DNA of 64,000 nucleotides from Macrostomum lignano (Eukaryota): NCBI GenBank assembly GCA_002269645.1, contig NIVC01000013.1, positions 1,302,001 to 1,366,000 of the forward strand, read 5' to 3'. Shown piece by piece: positions 54,560 to 64,000 of this stretch (position 1 is its first letter; each line of letters starts with the position of its first letter). The notes under the pieces were generated by a model. It saw only the letters and a program-made list of their open reading frames with translations, ran no database searches and was not told where the DNA came from. The position numbers and the translations under genes were made by a program.

Positions 54560-54945
54560 GCCTCCCAGATCCTCAGTTGCTGGGCAGCCTCCCAGATCCT
54601 CATGTTGCTGGGCCAGCCTCCCAGATCTTCAGTTGCTGGGCCAGCCTCCCAGATCCTCATGTTGCTGGGCCAGCCTCCCAGATCCTCAGTTGCTGGGCAG
54701 CCTTCCAGATCCTCAGTTGCTGGGCCAGCCTCCCAGATCCCCAGTTGCTGGGCCAGCCTCCCAGAGTGTCAGTTGCTGGGCCAGCCTCCCACATTCTCAG
54801 ATGCTGGGCCAGCCTCCCAGATCCTCATGTTGCTGGGCCAGCCTCCCAGATCTTCAGTTGCTGGGCCAGCCTCCCAGATCTTCAGTTGCTGGGCCAGCCT
54901 CCCAGATCTTCAGTTGCTGGGCCAGCCTCCCAGATTCTTGGTTGC
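54560..54945 (+). repeat. 28-bp minisatellite (gttgctgggccagcctcccagatcctca), ~14 copies
   Basis: Tandem units downstream of the GOLGA4 AATAAA (~54425). Confidence 0.9.
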
Positions 54946-55464
54946 CGGGCCGCACTGCAGTTGACTGTTAAACTAATGAATAGTACAAAATGAAAACTGA
55001 GAATCCCGACTATTTTATTTACAACGGGCTCAAAAAATCATTTCAAAATATTTCGTTTTTATTATAAAAAGTTGTAGACAGAAAAAATAGTTTTACTCTA
55101 CAGGCAAACGAGCTGGTTCTGTCAGAATAATAAAATTAACTGTAATAAGCTGTTAGTCACACAATGGAACAAGTTAACGGCAGAAAGCCTATACGAGCTA
55201 TGCGAAGAATGCAACAAAACGACAGGGAGAGAGATCAAAATATGAGTCTAAGTTACCGGAATGTTAAACACTAGGGCCAGAAAGAAAAAATTGTTTAACT
55301 ATTAAACAGACTTGTCTACTCATATCTGTGAGAACTCATTTTTCCAAGAAACGAAAGTCAAACTATCCCATATCCTAAGGACAGATCCCAGCACGGTAAA
55401 ATGAAATCGGTTGTACTGACACTGAATCACAGTTTAATACTTGTGCACGCGCCGACAATCGCCC

Positions 55465-64000
<8,536 letters not shown>

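Overview
This is animal (eukaryotic) genomic DNA with spliceosomal introns, not prokaryotic. The repeat style suggests a free-living flatworm such as Macrostomum, but that is a guess. Left to right: (1) A decayed Ty3/Gypsy element (643-~12020) in which a herpesvirus-gB-like envelope glycoprotein runs through its TM helix directly into the aspartic protease and RT. (2) A very young, full-length Ty3/Gypsy element nested in it (3144-11796), with near-identical LTRs, PBS, PPT, gag, a -1 frameshift and pol. In the env position it carries an intronless third ORF encoding a DnaJ J-domain (intact HPD), an acidic linker, a chromodomain and an unknown helical domain; this is the most unusual feature of the window. 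(3) A 9-exon LIV-1/ZIP10-like zinc transporter on the minus strand (31206-14176). (4) A LINE endonuclease remnant. (5) A 16-exon golgin-245/GOLGA4 ortholog on the plus strand (34553-53881) with 13 near-identical 28-aa repeats in one 4.2-kb exon. (6) The last two coding exons of a bMERB-like CaaX protein on the minus strand; its last intron holds a 7.2-kb EnSpm/CACTA-like transposon inserted into a satellite-bearing MITE. Most larger introns contain their own minisatellite. All calls come from reading the sequence and recognising motifs; no database searches were run.
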